From an uncultured Phycisphaerales bacterium (GTDB taxonomy: Bacteria; Planctomycetota; Phycisphaerae; Tepidisphaerales; Tepidisphaeraceae), in the NCBI GenBank assembly GCA_963755915.1, contig CAVWLP010000002.1:4704001-4768000 (forward strand): a stretch of DNA of 64,000 bases, read 5' to 3'. The notes beneath the pieces are model-generated. The model was not told where the DNA came from and did not search any database. It saw only the letters and a program-made list of their open reading frames with translations. Position numbers and translations under genes: made by a program. Shown here in pieces: positions 1 to 9,915 of this stretch (positions within the stretch are counted from its first letter, which is position 1; every line of letters starts with the position of its first letter).

Positions 1-99
1 AGTTTTGGGAAAGTGTATCCCGCTTTTTGCCACTTGTCGCAGGGATAGGGCCTTCCTATTCTTGCGGCGCGCTGACTTGGCGCGGAAAAGGGAAATACA

Positions 100-501
100 A
101 TGACTCCCGATGAAACCACAATCGCAGAAGTGCTGGCGACATATCAAAACGCGTTGAATCATTCCGACACCGAGCAGGTGATGCAGCTCTACGCACCCGA
201 CGGTGTCTTCATGCCCCAGCATTTCCCCTCGAGCGTCGGACTGGCGGCCGTGCGCAAAGCGTATGAGGCCGTCTTCAATACAATCACCCTCCAGGTGAAA
301 TTTGAAATCGCCGAAATAAAGCAGCTCGCGTCCGATTGGGCCTTTGCACGAACCAATTCAGCAGGTAACGTGCGCATTCATGCAACCGGCCACAGCGGGT
401 TCGAGGCAAACCAGGAACTTTTCCTCTTCCAAAAAATCGCCGGCAACTGGAAGATAGCGCGCTATTGTTTCAGTACGACCAATCCGCCTCCGCGGACCTG
501 A
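100..501 (+). CDS. SnoaL-like / NTF2-like (YybH-type) protein
   Basis: 133 aa; Y..ALN..D....LYAPDGVFMP and ELFLFQKIAGNWKIARYCF pattern of the NTF2-like fold; AGGGAA RBS upstream. Confidence 0.8.
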   Translation: MTPDETTIAEVLATYQNALNHSDTEQVMQLYAPDGVFMPQHFPSSVGLAAVRKAYEAVFNTITLQVKFEIAEIKQLASDWAFARTNSAGNVRIHATGHSGFEANQELFLFQKIAGNWKIARYCFSTTNPPPRT

Positions 502-559
502 GGCATAAATTCGCGCGGCACGCCAAATTGTCCGCCCCCACCGCAAACGGAGATTCAAC

Positions 560-1468
560 ATGAAAGCCATCGTCATTCACCAATACGGCCCTCCCGATGT
601 TTTGAAATATGAGGATTATCCCGACCCAATCGTCGGAGCGGGAGAGATCCTCCTCCGCGTCGCGGCCGCGGCCCTCAATCCAATCGACCTGAAAAAACGA
701 TCCGGAGCCGTGAAGGAAATCTTCCCCATCAAATTCCCCGGCGTCCTCGGTTACGACGTTTCCGGAACCATCACCAAGCTCGGCTCCGGCGTCCAGGGCC
801 TGGCCATTGGAGACAAGGTCCTGGCATTCGCCGACCACACCTATGCCGAACTCTGCGCCGTCCCCGCCATGAGCGCCGCCAAGGTCCCCCAGGGGCTCGA
901 TCTTCTTGAAGCGGCCGCACTACCCGTCGTCGCAACCACTGGATACCAGCTCGTCACAAAGGGCACCGCAATCAAGCCCGGACAACGAATTCTCGTCGTC
1001 GGCGCCGTCGGCGGCGTGGGACGCGTCGCCGTCTATATGGCCAAACATCTCGGCGCTGTAGTCATCGCAGGCGTTCTCAAGAGACAGCTCGAAGCCGCCA
1101 AGAGCCTCGGAGTGAGCGAGGTAGTCGCGCTCGATGACGAGGCCGCGATTCAGAAGCTCGCGACGCTCGACGCCGTCGCCGACACCGTCGGCGGAAACCC
1201 CTCGGCAACTCTCATGGCCAAGCTCGCCAAAGGCGGCGTCTTCGCGTCGGTAGTCGGGCCGCCCGCGAATGCCAAGGAGTTTCCATCCGTTCGCGTCGCC
1301 CCAATCTATTCCCACCCCGATGCGACAATTCTGGCGGAGATGGCCCAGGCCGCCGCCGACAAAAAGCTCGTGCTGCCGATCGGCAAAAAATTCCCCCTGA
1401 AAAACGCCGCCGAAGCCCACGCCGCCATCGAAAACGGAGGCGCAGGCAAGGTCCTGCTTGTGGTCTGA
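560..1468 (+). CDS. NADP-dependent oxidoreductase (MDR/quinone reductase family)
   Basis: MKAIVIHQYGPPDVL start, NPID, GYDVSG, GAVGGVG nucleotide-binding motif, GKVLL end; GGAG RBS. Confidence 0.9.
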   Translation: MKAIVIHQYGPPDVLKYEDYPDPIVGAGEILLRVAAAALNPIDLKKRSGAVKEIFPIKFPGVLGYDVSGTITKLGSGVQGLAIGDKVLAFADHTYAELCAVPAMSAAKVPQGLDLLEAAALPVVATTGYQLVTKGTAIKPGQRILVVGAVGGVGRVAVYMAKHLGAVVIAGVLKRQLEAAKSLGVSEVVALDDEAAIQKLATLDAVADTVGGNPSATLMAKLAKGGVFASVVGPPANAKEFPSVRVAPIYSHPDATILAEMAQAAADKKLVLPIGKKFPLKNAAEAHAAIENGGAGKVLLVV

Positions 1469-1475
1469 CACATTC

Positions 1476-1814
1476 TCACGCCGTCCAGCGGTGAAAAACG
1501 CAGAATACTCCCGCCAGCACAAGTGCGAATCCCACCAGATAATTCCACTGCAGCTTCTCTTTCAGATAGATCGTCGCGAACGCAACGAACACCGTCAGCG
1601 TGATCGCCTCCTGCACGATTTTCAGTTGATACCCCGACCACCCTTCCTCGTGGCCGATCCGGTTGGCCGGAACCTGAAAACAATATTCAAAAAACGCGAT
1701 GAGCCAGCTCGCCAGGATCACTTTCCACAGCGCGGTCTTCTCAAATTTGAGGTGCCCATACCAGGCGGTCGTCATGAACGCGTTCGAGATAAACAGCAGA
1801 ATAATCGTCCACAT
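1476..1814 (-). CDS. DMT family (DUF486) membrane protein
   Basis: SNAFMTTAWYGHLK, SWLIAFFEYCFQVPANRIG and QLKIVQE motifs typical of DUF486. Confidence 0.9.
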   Translation of the reverse strand: MWTIILLFISNAFMTTAWYGHLKFEKTALWKVILASWLIAFFEYCFQVPANRIGHEEGWSGYQLKIVQEAITLTVFVAFATIYLKEKLQWNYLVGFALVLAGVFCVFHRWTA

Positions 1815-1829
1815 GCAAAAGCATCTCCA

Positions 1830-2519
1830 TCACCATTGCGCTTCTTCGAACGGATTCTCCGCCGGCCGGATCTTCGGCTTCGGAAGCATCGAGATCATCG
1901 CCTTGGCCATCCCCGCGTCCCCCGCTCCCGATACCCGGATATTCAGCGGCGACCCGCGCAGCAGCCAGATCTCCGACGCCGCGGGCTCGCGCCGGTTCTT
2001 CACCATCTCCAAAAATTTATCCTTGCGAAACGCCCAAGGCGTCACCAGGTTCTGAAACCTCTGCCCCATCCGAAAAGCCACCGGCTTCCCCGATTCTTCG
2101 GTCTCAATAATCGCCCCCCGAATCGATGAAGTCATCATCACGATCGGATGCTTCGACGCTTCCTCGGCAATCGCATCGAGATCCCCATAAGCCACCGCCG
2201 GCCGCGCCGCGTCGTGAATGATCACATGGGTCGATTCCTCGGAAATCTTCTGGCTCGCCGCCACAAGCTGATCCATCCACCCCCTCCCGCCGCTGACCAG
2301 TTTCGCGCCGGAGAAGCTCAGATGCCCGCCGAATTTCCGCTTGGCTTCCTCAGCCTGATCGTCGGAGACGACGAGCTGAATCTGCTTGACCCCGTCGCGA
2401 TTAAGAAACATCTCCACCCCGCGCAGAAGGCACTCGCGGCCATCGATTTTAACCAGCGCGCCCGCCCCCTCGGCGCCGTTTGGAACGGCTGTCAGCACCA
2501 CGACCGAAAAGTTCGCCAT
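1830..2519 (-). CDS. IspD/TarI-like cytidylyltransferase, divergent
   Basis: IHDAARP motif; N-terminal AAGxGxR loop degenerate; ATG at 2519. Confidence 0.65.
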   Translation of the reverse strand: MANFSVVVLTAVPNGAEGAGALVKIDGRECLLRGVEMFLNRDGVKQIQLVVSDDQAEEAKRKFGGHLSFSGAKLVSGGRGWMDQLVAASQKISEESTHVIIHDAARPAVAYGDLDAIAEEASKHPIVMMTSSIRGAIIETEESGKPVAFRMGQRFQNLVTPWAFRKDKFLEMVKNRREPAASEIWLLRGSPLNIRVSGAGDAGMAKAMISMLPKPKIRPAENPFEEAQW

Positions 2520-2586
2520 ACGCCTCCCGGCAAACAATCCATCATTCTCAAGAATCCCCCGCCGGTCAAGCGGGGACGGCGTGCGA

Positions 2587-2614
2587 TTGACAGGGGTTGG
2601 CGGCCCCTTAAAAT
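2587..2614 (+). promoter_or_regulatory. sigma70 promoter of tRNA-Ile
   Basis: TTGACA (2587-2592), 16 nt, TAAAAT (2609-2614), 20 nt upstream of the tRNA. Confidence 0.75.
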
Positions 2615-2634
2615 CCTTCTTCCCTGCGATGCAC

Positions 2635-2708
2635 GGGCTCGTAGCTCAGTTGGTTAGAGCGCGTCCCTGATAAGGACGAGGTCACAAGTTCGAATCTTGT
2701 CGGGCCCA
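2635..2708 (+). tRNA. tRNA-Ile (GAT)
   Basis: GGGCTCGTAGCTCAGTTGGTTAGAGCG, anticodon loop CTGATAA, GTTCGAATC T-loop, acceptor GGGCTCG/CGGGCCC; CCA not encoded. Confidence 0.95.
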
Positions 2709-2926
2709 TTGAAGTTTATCTCGCCGAAGGTTTTTGAATGAACCTATCCGCCGCGGGCGCGGGGTCCGGGGTTTGTTTTGTCGGATGCGGTTTTTTTTGC
2801 CTGGGGACATGCTTTACAAAACTTTACAGTCCGCAACAAGCTGGGTGGTTTGGGTAAAATAGGCAACGCAAAGTCGGGGTTTCGGACATTAGTTGACCAC
2901 ATGGGTGGTTTAATAGCGTCCCTGAT

Positions 2927-3168
2927 TCAGCTCGCCCGCTTGCGAATCATGCGCAACAGGTTTGCCAGAACCAGCGCATACCCCCGCGACCGTGCTTGCC
3001 AGCAAGCGGATGATCGTCCGGCAGTTTTTGTCCTGCGCCGGTGTCGATCCAGACGCCGGCACAATCCTCATTCCATTTTCCCTCACGGTCGACCGCGGCA
3101 TAGGCGGCGAGGACGGCGCGGTCGAGCGTCTCGTGCGCGAATCTCAGGCGGACCGGCGACTCGTCTTC
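2927..3168 (-). pseudogene. C-terminal remnant of an MmeI-like / type IIG DNA methyltransferase-endonuclease
   Basis: Own translation: LRFAHETLDRAVLAAYAAVDREGKWNEDCAGVWIDTGAGQKLPDDHPLA, frameshift, VLANLLRMIRKRAS*; resembles the AH..LD.AV.AAY ... LL.L tail of these enzymes; no start or N-terminus. Confidence 0.65.
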
Positions 3169-3171
3169 GGT

Positions 3172-3215
3172 TTTTGGGCCTAAGAGGTCGCAAGTTCAAA
3201 TCTTGGCACTCCGAC
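3172..3215 (+). pseudogene. 3' half of tRNA-Pro(TGG), att-site-like remnant
   Basis: TTTTGGGCCTAAGAGGTCGCAAGTTCAAATCTTGGCACTCCGAC: TGG anticodon loop, T-arm and CACTCCG acceptor 3' strand; no CGGAGTG 5' half upstream. Confidence 0.7.
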
Positions 3216-3220
3216 TGAAA

Positions 3221-3257
3221 TAAACGCCTGCAAAACCCCTGGTTTACGGGCGTTTTT
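3221..3257 (+). terminator. probable rho-independent terminator
   Basis: AAACGCCTG...CGGGCGTTT hairpin followed by a T run. Confidence 0.55.
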
Positions 3258-3317
3258 CATTTCCGGTCATCAACAAAAAAATGGCCCCCCCGTATCGGTA
3301 TCCATCATGGAACCATT

Positions 3318-4160
3318 TCACTTTCCCACCAGCCCATGCATATACCGATGCGCAAGCCCCGTGTTCGTCTTCAAGTCATACACCCGCAAAACCTCCAACG
3401 CCAAATCCGCCGAGTGGTATTGTATGTCTAGAATCACAGCCAATTTCAGAAGCTTTTCCGCGGGAAGCGATTCCAGCTTCATGAAATCCTTCACATACAC
3501 CACATCCGCCCATAGAGCCTGACACTGCGGCCGATTCGGATCATTCGCCACCAGCAGCGGCTTAAACGCCCGCCCGGAAATCCCCGCGAACGTGTGAAAC
3601 ACGAATCCCCGCCCCCGCAGGTGTCGATCCACATCCGCGAACATCGGCTGCCCCTTGTACAACTCGACAAATTCCACTTCCGAATGCACCAGCACCGCGT
3701 CCGCCAAAACTTTTTCCGCGCCCTTCAAAACATCCAGCTCCGCCCCCTGCACATCCAGCTTCAAAAGATCCGTATCCGCCACTTCAGGAATATCATCGAT
3801 CCGATGTGTCTGAATCCGCACGCTTTTCACCACCCGCACCAGTTCCTCCAGACTCTGAAACTTCGCCAGCAGCGGGGTGTTCGGCTCATACAGCGAGGAC
3901 GTCATCGGATAATTACAAATATAAAACGTCCGCATCTCCCCATCCCCCACCGCGTAAGGCAGATACTTGCAGGACTCTCCCGCCGTCGCATTCAACTTAT
4001 CACACTCCGCCTCCACGGGCTCAAACCCCACAACCTTCACCATCCCTGCTTGCTCCAGCTTCGCATAAGGCGACGAATTCGGCCCCAGCGACATTGCCCC
4101 TACATCCACCACCCGAATCACCGGTCGCTCAGGAAGAATGCTCAAAATGTCGAAACTCAT
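3318..4160 (-). CDS. FkbM family methyltransferase
   Basis: VVDVGA, GFEP, LKLDVQGAELDVLKG, EVEFVELYKGQPMF; GGAG RBS before ATG 4160. Confidence 0.9.
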   Translation of the reverse strand: MSFDILSILPERPVIRVVDVGAMSLGPNSSPYAKLEQAGMVKVVGFEPVEAECDKLNATAGESCKYLPYAVGDGEMRTFYICNYPMTSSLYEPNTPLLAKFQSLEELVRVVKSVRIQTHRIDDIPEVADTDLLKLDVQGAELDVLKGAEKVLADAVLVHSEVEFVELYKGQPMFADVDRHLRGRGFVFHTFAGISGRAFKPLLVANDPNRPQCQALWADVVYVKDFMKLESLPAEKLLKLAVILDIQYHSADLALEVLRVYDLKTNTGLAHRYMHGLVGK

Positions 4161-4822
4161 ATTTCTCCAATCCAAATCACACTGAACAAAAGGACCCCCC
4201 ATTCTAAGCAATTCGCACCCCGACACACGAGCCCATGCCCAGCCGGCCCGCTTCGACATGAAGCGCCGTGCCGCGACTGGAATCATGCCGTTATCTGTCG
4301 CTACGAGGTATGAGACGAACGTCGTCCGCAGGGTGCCTCGGGCCCTTCTTGACGCGCACACGCGATCGGCAGCCGTACGACCGATTTCACCCGATTCGCC
4401 TCCGATCGCCGGTCTTATCGCAGCCTTTCAGCAGTAGAATGACTCTGAACAAGCAATAGGCCTTTGGGCTGCTACACATCAATCAAACGCGTTTGATATC
4501 CATGTAGGCGATCGAACCGAGGTCCTGGCAGTAGCGGCATGGTGCACGGCTCGCTTTTTTTTGACCAGTAGCCTGTGAAAGGCTTTTTTAAGCGATAGTG
4601 CCGGTGTTTCTGTATCCGGGCGATAACCAAGCGTATCGTTCCCGTTCCGTTGTCCAGAAAATACAGTTCTTGCGGTTTGAGTCATCAGAAGGCAATGACC
4701 GCGATTCCACGCAGAAATGCGCGAAAAGTTCAATTGGTGTCTTGTCACTCCCGATTCAGTCAAAGAAGTGGCCTCGGCGAGAGCCGTTTCAGCGTCTGGC
4801 GGTCTGTGACCTGGGCGTCAGC

Positions 4823-5428
4823 TCAGACAGGCGGCTTGATTCGGTTTCGAAGCGATCCAATGTGTCGATACGTGTTGATGAGCACGCCCGTGGGCGTGGC
4901 CTTCGTGCTGACGAGAGCGAGCTCGCGCGGGTCACTGCTGTCTGAAAAGAAGAGTTTGCCCCGGCCCAGCAAGACCGGGTAGACGATCAGCACAACCTCG
5001 TCGACGAGTCCCTGCTCGAGCAGCACGGACGTCAGCGTCGAACTTCCCCAGACGATGAGGTCGGGGCCATCCGTTGACTTGACGCGGCGAACGCCCGCCA
5101 TGATGTCCGCGCCCAGGTGCCCGACCGGGCCCCATTCGAGGTTGTCGGGCCTGTGGGTCGCGACAAATTTCGTCGCGGCGTTCAGGCCTTTCGTAAACGG
5201 ACCACTCGTGATCTTCGGCCAGTGGTCGGCCCAGAGATCGTAGGTGCGGCGGCCAAGCAGCAGATCGAAGCTGCTGCCCTGTGCCTCGGCGAGGGCCTCT
5301 GCCCCGGCTGCCGTTCGAAACGGCGCCGACCATCCGCCATTCGCGTAGTCGTCGTCGCCTTCGTTGCGTTTGTCGGGCTCAATCACGCCGTCCAGCGAGA
5401 TGTGTTCGAAGATCCTGATCTTCCTCAT
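4823..5428 (-). CDS. dihydrofolate reductase family (RibD C-terminal) protein
   Basis: ISLDGV, LLGRRTY, VWGSSTL, LVDE, PVLLGRGK. Confidence 0.9.
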   Translation of the reverse strand: MRKIRIFEHISLDGVIEPDKRNEGDDDYANGGWSAPFRTAAGAEALAEAQGSSFDLLLGRRTYDLWADHWPKITSGPFTKGLNAATKFVATHRPDNLEWGPVGHLGADIMAGVRRVKSTDGPDLIVWGSSTLTSVLLEQGLVDEVVLIVYPVLLGRGKLFFSDSSDPRELALVSTKATPTGVLINTYRHIGSLRNRIKPPV

Positions 5429-5673
5429 GTCGCGTCTCCATTTCTCACCTGGTTATGGCGCTTGCCCTCGGCAGGCGCGGTGCACCGCATTTCAATATAG
5501 CTGCCTGGATGATCCATGCAGTCTGCGGCGATCTCTGCTCCGCCTGTTGCCTTGGGCGGGCCGTCTGTGCAGTGCCCGCGCCAGCCCAGGTTATGCGGGC
5601 AGCGGAATCGGTCAGGATCGAACGTCCTCTTTCGACGGTGACGCAACGTACCCGCTAAAACTGAACGCCGGTC

Positions 5674-6159
5674 TCACATCAAAACAGGCTTCCCGAGCGC
5701 TCGGCGCGTGACCGTGAATTGACCGATGTGCATGAACGGGTGCGAGGCGAGGAGGATGGCCACATTGGCAACTGTCGGTGCGAATACCTGCATGCGCTGG
5801 GGTGTTGGCTTGGCCAGCTCGGCATCGCTGAGTTTCGCTACCCACGCGGCTGCAGTGTCCATGGCCTGATCGAATCTACCAAGAAGTTCCGATTTGCCGG
5901 GGAAAAAAGCGGGATCGTCGATCGAGGCCTTGCTCTTGCCAAATCGTGTGTCGTCTTCGAACGGGAAAGCGACGCTCGGATCGCAGGTGGTGACCATGCC
6001 GCGGACCGAGTTGGCCAGATGCCCCATCTGCCAGATCGCATGATTGGCGGTTTTGGCCGGGCGGAAAAACATGTCTGCATCCGAAAAGTCCTTGAGGAAC
6101 ATGTCGATCATTCCCCTGGTCTGCAGGATATTCTTCGAGAACAATTCGGCGTTGGACAT
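5674..6159 (-). CDS. DinB family protein
   Basis: NHAIWQMGHL and H..MHIGQ metal-binding motifs; GGAGG RBS. Confidence 0.85.
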   Translation of the reverse strand: MSNAELFSKNILQTRGMIDMFLKDFSDADMFFRPAKTANHAIWQMGHLANSVRGMVTTCDPSVAFPFEDDTRFGKSKASIDDPAFFPGKSELLGRFDQAMDTAAAWVAKLSDAELAKPTPQRMQVFAPTVANVAILLASHPFMHIGQFTVTRRALGKPVLM

Positions 6160-6294
6160 CGGAAACCTCCGTGGGTGTTTGTGGGGTTGCGGGCAAAAAA
6201 CCGTTGCTGCGGATTCTCATAGGTTTTGTACGCGGATGCAAGTTCAATCGGCATCCGTTTGAGCCGGCGCCGCGCCGGCGGGTATGCTTTTGTT

Positions 6295-6768
6295 ATGCCG
6301 GATGGGACGCCCAGCGCTGCACGTCGATCGTTGCACTTCGACCAGATCGACGACGCCCTGGCAGAGGTTGACCGCCTGGCTGCCGCCGACGCGGGTGGGG
6401 CGCTGAGCACGTCGGGCCGCTGGACGTTTGGTCAGTCGTTGAACCATTTGGCTACCTGGGCCGACTACAGTTACGACGGAGCACCCCTGGCGGTCCCGCT
6501 GCCGGTGCGGCTATTCATTCGGCTGCTGAAGAGGCCCATCCTTTATAAGCCGATGCGGCCCGGCGCGCGCCTTCCCCGCGGAACCCTGGCGATCGACCCG
6601 GCGTCGTCGGCCGACGGGCTGGCGCACCTTCGCCGGTCGTTCCTCCGGCTGCGCGATCAGCCGCCGACCCGTCCGCACTGGGCATTCGGGCTGATGACCC
6701 ACGCCGAGTGGACCGCCCTGCACCTGCGGCACTGTGAATTGCACCTGTCGTTTTTTCGGGCGGGATGA
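6295..6768 (+). CDS. DUF1569 family (DinB-like) protein
   Basis: GRWTFGQSLNHL and HWAFGLMT..EW..LHLRHCELHLSF. Confidence 0.85.
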   Translation: MPDGTPSAARRSLHFDQIDDALAEVDRLAAADAGGALSTSGRWTFGQSLNHLATWADYSYDGAPLAVPLPVRLFIRLLKRPILYKPMRPGARLPRGTLAIDPASSADGLAHLRRSFLRLRDQPPTRPHWAFGLMTHAEWTALHLRHCELHLSFFRAG

Positions 6769-6932
6769 TTCCGTCGGTCCGTCAGATCGACGGAAAATCG
6801 ATCAGCGGTGACGCCGCGTCGATTTCCGAGTGGAGAGTCTGGAAACGCGGGATGGTCGCTTATCTTGAGCGTAATAAATACCCTGGGATGTGAGGGGCAA
6901 TTAGACGCGACGAGACGCGGCTTGTTGGAATG

Positions 6933-6956
6933 CAAGCGGCGGGACGCCGCTTCTAC
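6933..6956 (-). repeat. GTAG-family REP-like palindrome
   Basis: Minus strand GTAG-AAGCGGCG-TCC-CGCCGCTT, a perfect hairpin after a GTAG tetranucleotide, intergenic. Confidence 0.6.
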
Positions 6957-7362
6957 GGGGCTATAGAGTTTTCATCACGCCTCCCGTTCACGTGTCCGTC
7001 CAAGGATTTGGGAGAAACACGTAGACATCGCGCGCATCACCCATGTGGCTCTGAATCGATCGGGAATCGTCCGCCGGCGATAAAGGTTGGTGCTGTACAA
7101 ACGGGACAGCAGGCGTCGGGGCAGTCTGGGGACTTGATACTCGTTGTAGTGATGCATCGTCGTCTCACTTTCGCATGGCCACGCGCAGCTAAGCGTAGGG
7201 AACCGGACAAAGTCGACTGGCGACCCCACCTGGTTGAACTCTGGCCGTGTCTACTGCGCCCGCTTAGGAGAGGGGGAGATAGCCTACCTGCCGAACACGA
7301 GAAGAGAGGATCACAAAAACAGGCCAAACCTGGCAGGAGCCGATCAATCTGATGTGGTTCGC

Positions 7363-8415
7363 TCAATAAGGCGTTTGCACGTCTTTCGAGAGATTCACCT
7401 TACCCATGTAAAAGAACCGGTACGAGAAAAGGAAATAGCAGACGGCCAAAATGAAGGCGATGGGCCACCAGACAAGGGCGATTGCCAGCCCCTTGCCGCT
7501 GGCGGCGGTTTCGTATGCCGTCATGGAGTATTGAGGCGCGAGGGTGGAGCGCAGAATGACCGGAAAAACGCCCGCGGCGCCGGCGATCATCAAGCCGGCG
7601 ATAAATAGGGTCGATCCGAACACCGCGCGGGCGGAATCATTGTGCCGCAGGCTAAGGACCACCTTGCGGGCTCCGATCGCGACGGCAATCAATCCAATCC
7701 ACCCGAAGGGCCGGCGAATAATTCCCCAGAACATGTCGGGACGAACGATCAACGTCTCGACGGTGATGACGGCCAGCAATACGAAAACGGTTTTCCAGAG
7801 CGTGCAGGCGATCCCGTAGCTTCGGTCGTGCACGGGGCCTTCGGTTCTCTCGGCCAAACCGTTGGCTCCATGGGCGGCAAAGAGGAGGAGGACGAAAACG
7901 GCCGTCGAAATCGTGTACCAATCCAGAATCCCGACGTTTCCAAATGGGCTGAAGTTGGTGAAAAACGCGAGGGAGAATTTTTCATCGCCCCCCAGCGGAA
8001 CGCCGCGGATGACGTTGCCGAGGGCAGCGCCGATCAGGATCGCCAGCAGCACGTTGGAGGCGACGAAGCAGAAATTCCACGCGGTGCGCCACATCGGATT
8101 GTCGATGTGGCCGCCCACTTCTATGGACACGCCGCGCAAGATCAGGCCCCAGAGAAGCAGCATCAGCGCCAAATAAAAGCCGGAGAAGGTAACCGCCATC
8201 ACCGCGGGAAAGGAAAGAAGAAACGTGCCCCCAAAGCCCACGATCCAGACTTCGTGCCAGGACCAAAGCGGGCCGATGGCGGTAATAACCGTGCGGCGCT
8301 CATCATCGGTTTTGCCGACGATGGGTTGCAGCATGCCGGCGCCGATGTCGGAGCCTTCCAGGACGACGTAGGCCATGAGCATAAACGAGATGATTGAATA
8401 CCAGATTGCAATCAT
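7363..8415 (-). CDS. cydB: cytochrome bd ubiquinol oxidase subunit II
   Basis: YVVLEG.DIGAG, IGPLW..HEVW, LRGVSIE, GAALGN; overlaps cydA stop. Confidence 0.92.
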   Translation of the reverse strand: MIAIWYSIISFMLMAYVVLEGSDIGAGMLQPIVGKTDDERRTVITAIGPLWSWHEVWIVGFGGTFLLSFPAVMAVTFSGFYLALMLLLWGLILRGVSIEVGGHIDNPMWRTAWNFCFVASNVLLAILIGAALGNVIRGVPLGGDEKFSLAFFTNFSPFGNVGILDWYTISTAVFVLLLFAAHGANGLAERTEGPVHDRSYGIACTLWKTVFVLLAVITVETLIVRPDMFWGIIRRPFGWIGLIAVAIGARKVVLSLRHNDSARAVFGSTLFIAGLMIAGAAGVFPVILRSTLAPQYSMTAYETAASGKGLAIALVWWPIAFILAVCYFLFSYRFFYMGKVNLSKDVQTPY

Positions 8416-9791
8416 GCGACACCTTGAAGCCGCTCTGCCGGAGGAAGTTCGTGCGAATCGTCAGGCGAGTGGATGTCCTTTGGGCCCAGGGCAATTTCGC
8501 GTCCGATGAGGAACAGATAAAGCACTCCAAGGAGAAAATAGAGTCCGCAAAAGCCAAGCAGCGTGAAGAGCACGTTGCCTCCGCTGACGACGTCGCTCAC
8601 GCCCTGACTGGTGCGGAAGAGATTGAAGACAAGCCAGGGCTGCCGGCCCATTTCCGCTGTCATCCAGCCGGCGGTTGTGGCAATGTAGGGGAATGGAAAA
8701 GCAAGCATGAGAAGCCAGAGGAGGCCGCGGGATTGCTCCAACCTCCCGCGCAGGCGCTGAATGTTGGCAATGCCCATCAAAAGGATGAAACAGGTTCCCA
8801 GGCCGGCCATGATGTGGAAGGCGTAATAGAGCAGGTCGATATTTGTCGGCCACTGGTCCCGCGGAAAGGCATCGAGGCCTTGAACGCTGGCATTCATATG
8901 CCCGAACGCGAGCACGCTTAACGCCCGGGGAAGGTAAACGGCATTGTCCAGCCTCTCTTGCGCTACATTCGGTTGCCCGATGACATTGAGCTCGACGCCC
9001 GTCGCGGTGTGAAAGTGCCCCTCCATCCCGGCAAGCACGACGGGTTGATATTTCGCGACCAGCTTTGCCTGCCTGTCACCAGTTGGAAAGGCCACCAGGA
9101 AGCAGAAAATCAGCCCGGCAACGGTGCCCGTCTTCAAAAAAAGCGTAGCCTGCTCGCGATGTTTCCCGGCAAGGGCATAGCCCGCTCCCACCGCCGCCAC
9201 GACAAACGAACCTGTCACCAGCGCGGCGCATTGATTGTGCATGAACATGACCAGGCCCCAGGGGTTGAGCAGAAAATGAGCCACGTTATCCAGCCGGAGC
9301 GTGCCGTCGGCCGCAAAGGCGTAACCCGAAGGATGTTGCATGAACGCGTTGGTGAGGAGGATGAAGTACCCCGATGTCCAGCTTCCCAAAGCCACGCCGA
9401 AAGTGGCCAGAAAATGGTTTCTCGGCCCCAGGCGTTTTTCCCCCCAGACCATCGCCCCGATCATCGCGCTCTCCAGAAAGAAGGCAAACATTCCTTCCAT
9501 GGCCAATGTCTGGCCGATGATGTTGCCGGAATATTTCGAAAAATTGGCCCAGTTGGTCCCAAACTGAAATTCCATGGGGATGCCAGTCACAACTCCGACG
9601 GCAAAGTTAATTCCGAAAATCCGCGACCAGAATCGTGCCGCATTCCCAAAGCGCTCGTCCCCTGTGCGCAGGTATTTCCACTTGAAGTAGACGATAATCC
9701 ATGCGAGCCCCATGGTGAGCTGAGGGAAGAGATAGTGATAGGTGAGCGTAAAAGCGAATTGAGCCCGGCTCCAGAAGAGTGTGTCTTCCAT
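8412..9791 (-). CDS. cydA: cytochrome bd ubiquinol oxidase subunit I
   Basis: QFAFT..YHYLF, GVVTGIPMEFQFGTNW, FHIM, EMGRQPW; short Q-loop type. Confidence 0.95.
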   Translation of the reverse strand: MEDTLFWSRAQFAFTLTYHYLFPQLTMGLAWIIVYFKWKYLRTGDERFGNAARFWSRIFGINFAVGVVTGIPMEFQFGTNWANFSKYSGNIIGQTLAMEGMFAFFLESAMIGAMVWGEKRLGPRNHFLATFGVALGSWTSGYFILLTNAFMQHPSGYAFAADGTLRLDNVAHFLLNPWGLVMFMHNQCAALVTGSFVVAAVGAGYALAGKHREQATLFLKTGTVAGLIFCFLVAFPTGDRQAKLVAKYQPVVLAGMEGHFHTATGVELNVIGQPNVAQERLDNAVYLPRALSVLAFGHMNASVQGLDAFPRDQWPTNIDLLYYAFHIMAGLGTCFILLMGIANIQRLRGRLEQSRGLLWLLMLAFPFPYIATTAGWMTAEMGRQPWLVFNLFRTSQGVSDVVSGGNVLFTLLGFCGLYFLLGVLYLFLIGREIALGPKDIHSPDDSHELPPAERLQGVA

Positions 9792-9915
9792 TGTCTTGTC
9801 CCTAGTTCGGCACTTACCGCTCGTTGTGTCCTGCTGAGGCCCGGGCAGTGCGGATCGCAAATTGCGATGGCGATATTAACCGGGGACTGAACGGTTGTAC
9901 CTGCCCTGGGCAAAT

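Noticed and set aside
2635-2708. tRNA-Ile(GAT) as part of an rRNA operon spacer
   Set aside because: No 16S/23S sequence adjacent, and it has its own promoter.
6950-7160. Minus-strand CPVC...HG-TGA-CARC frame as a possible selenoprotein
   Set aside because: No convincing start, SECIS-like hairpin or recognisable family; probably noncoding or decayed.
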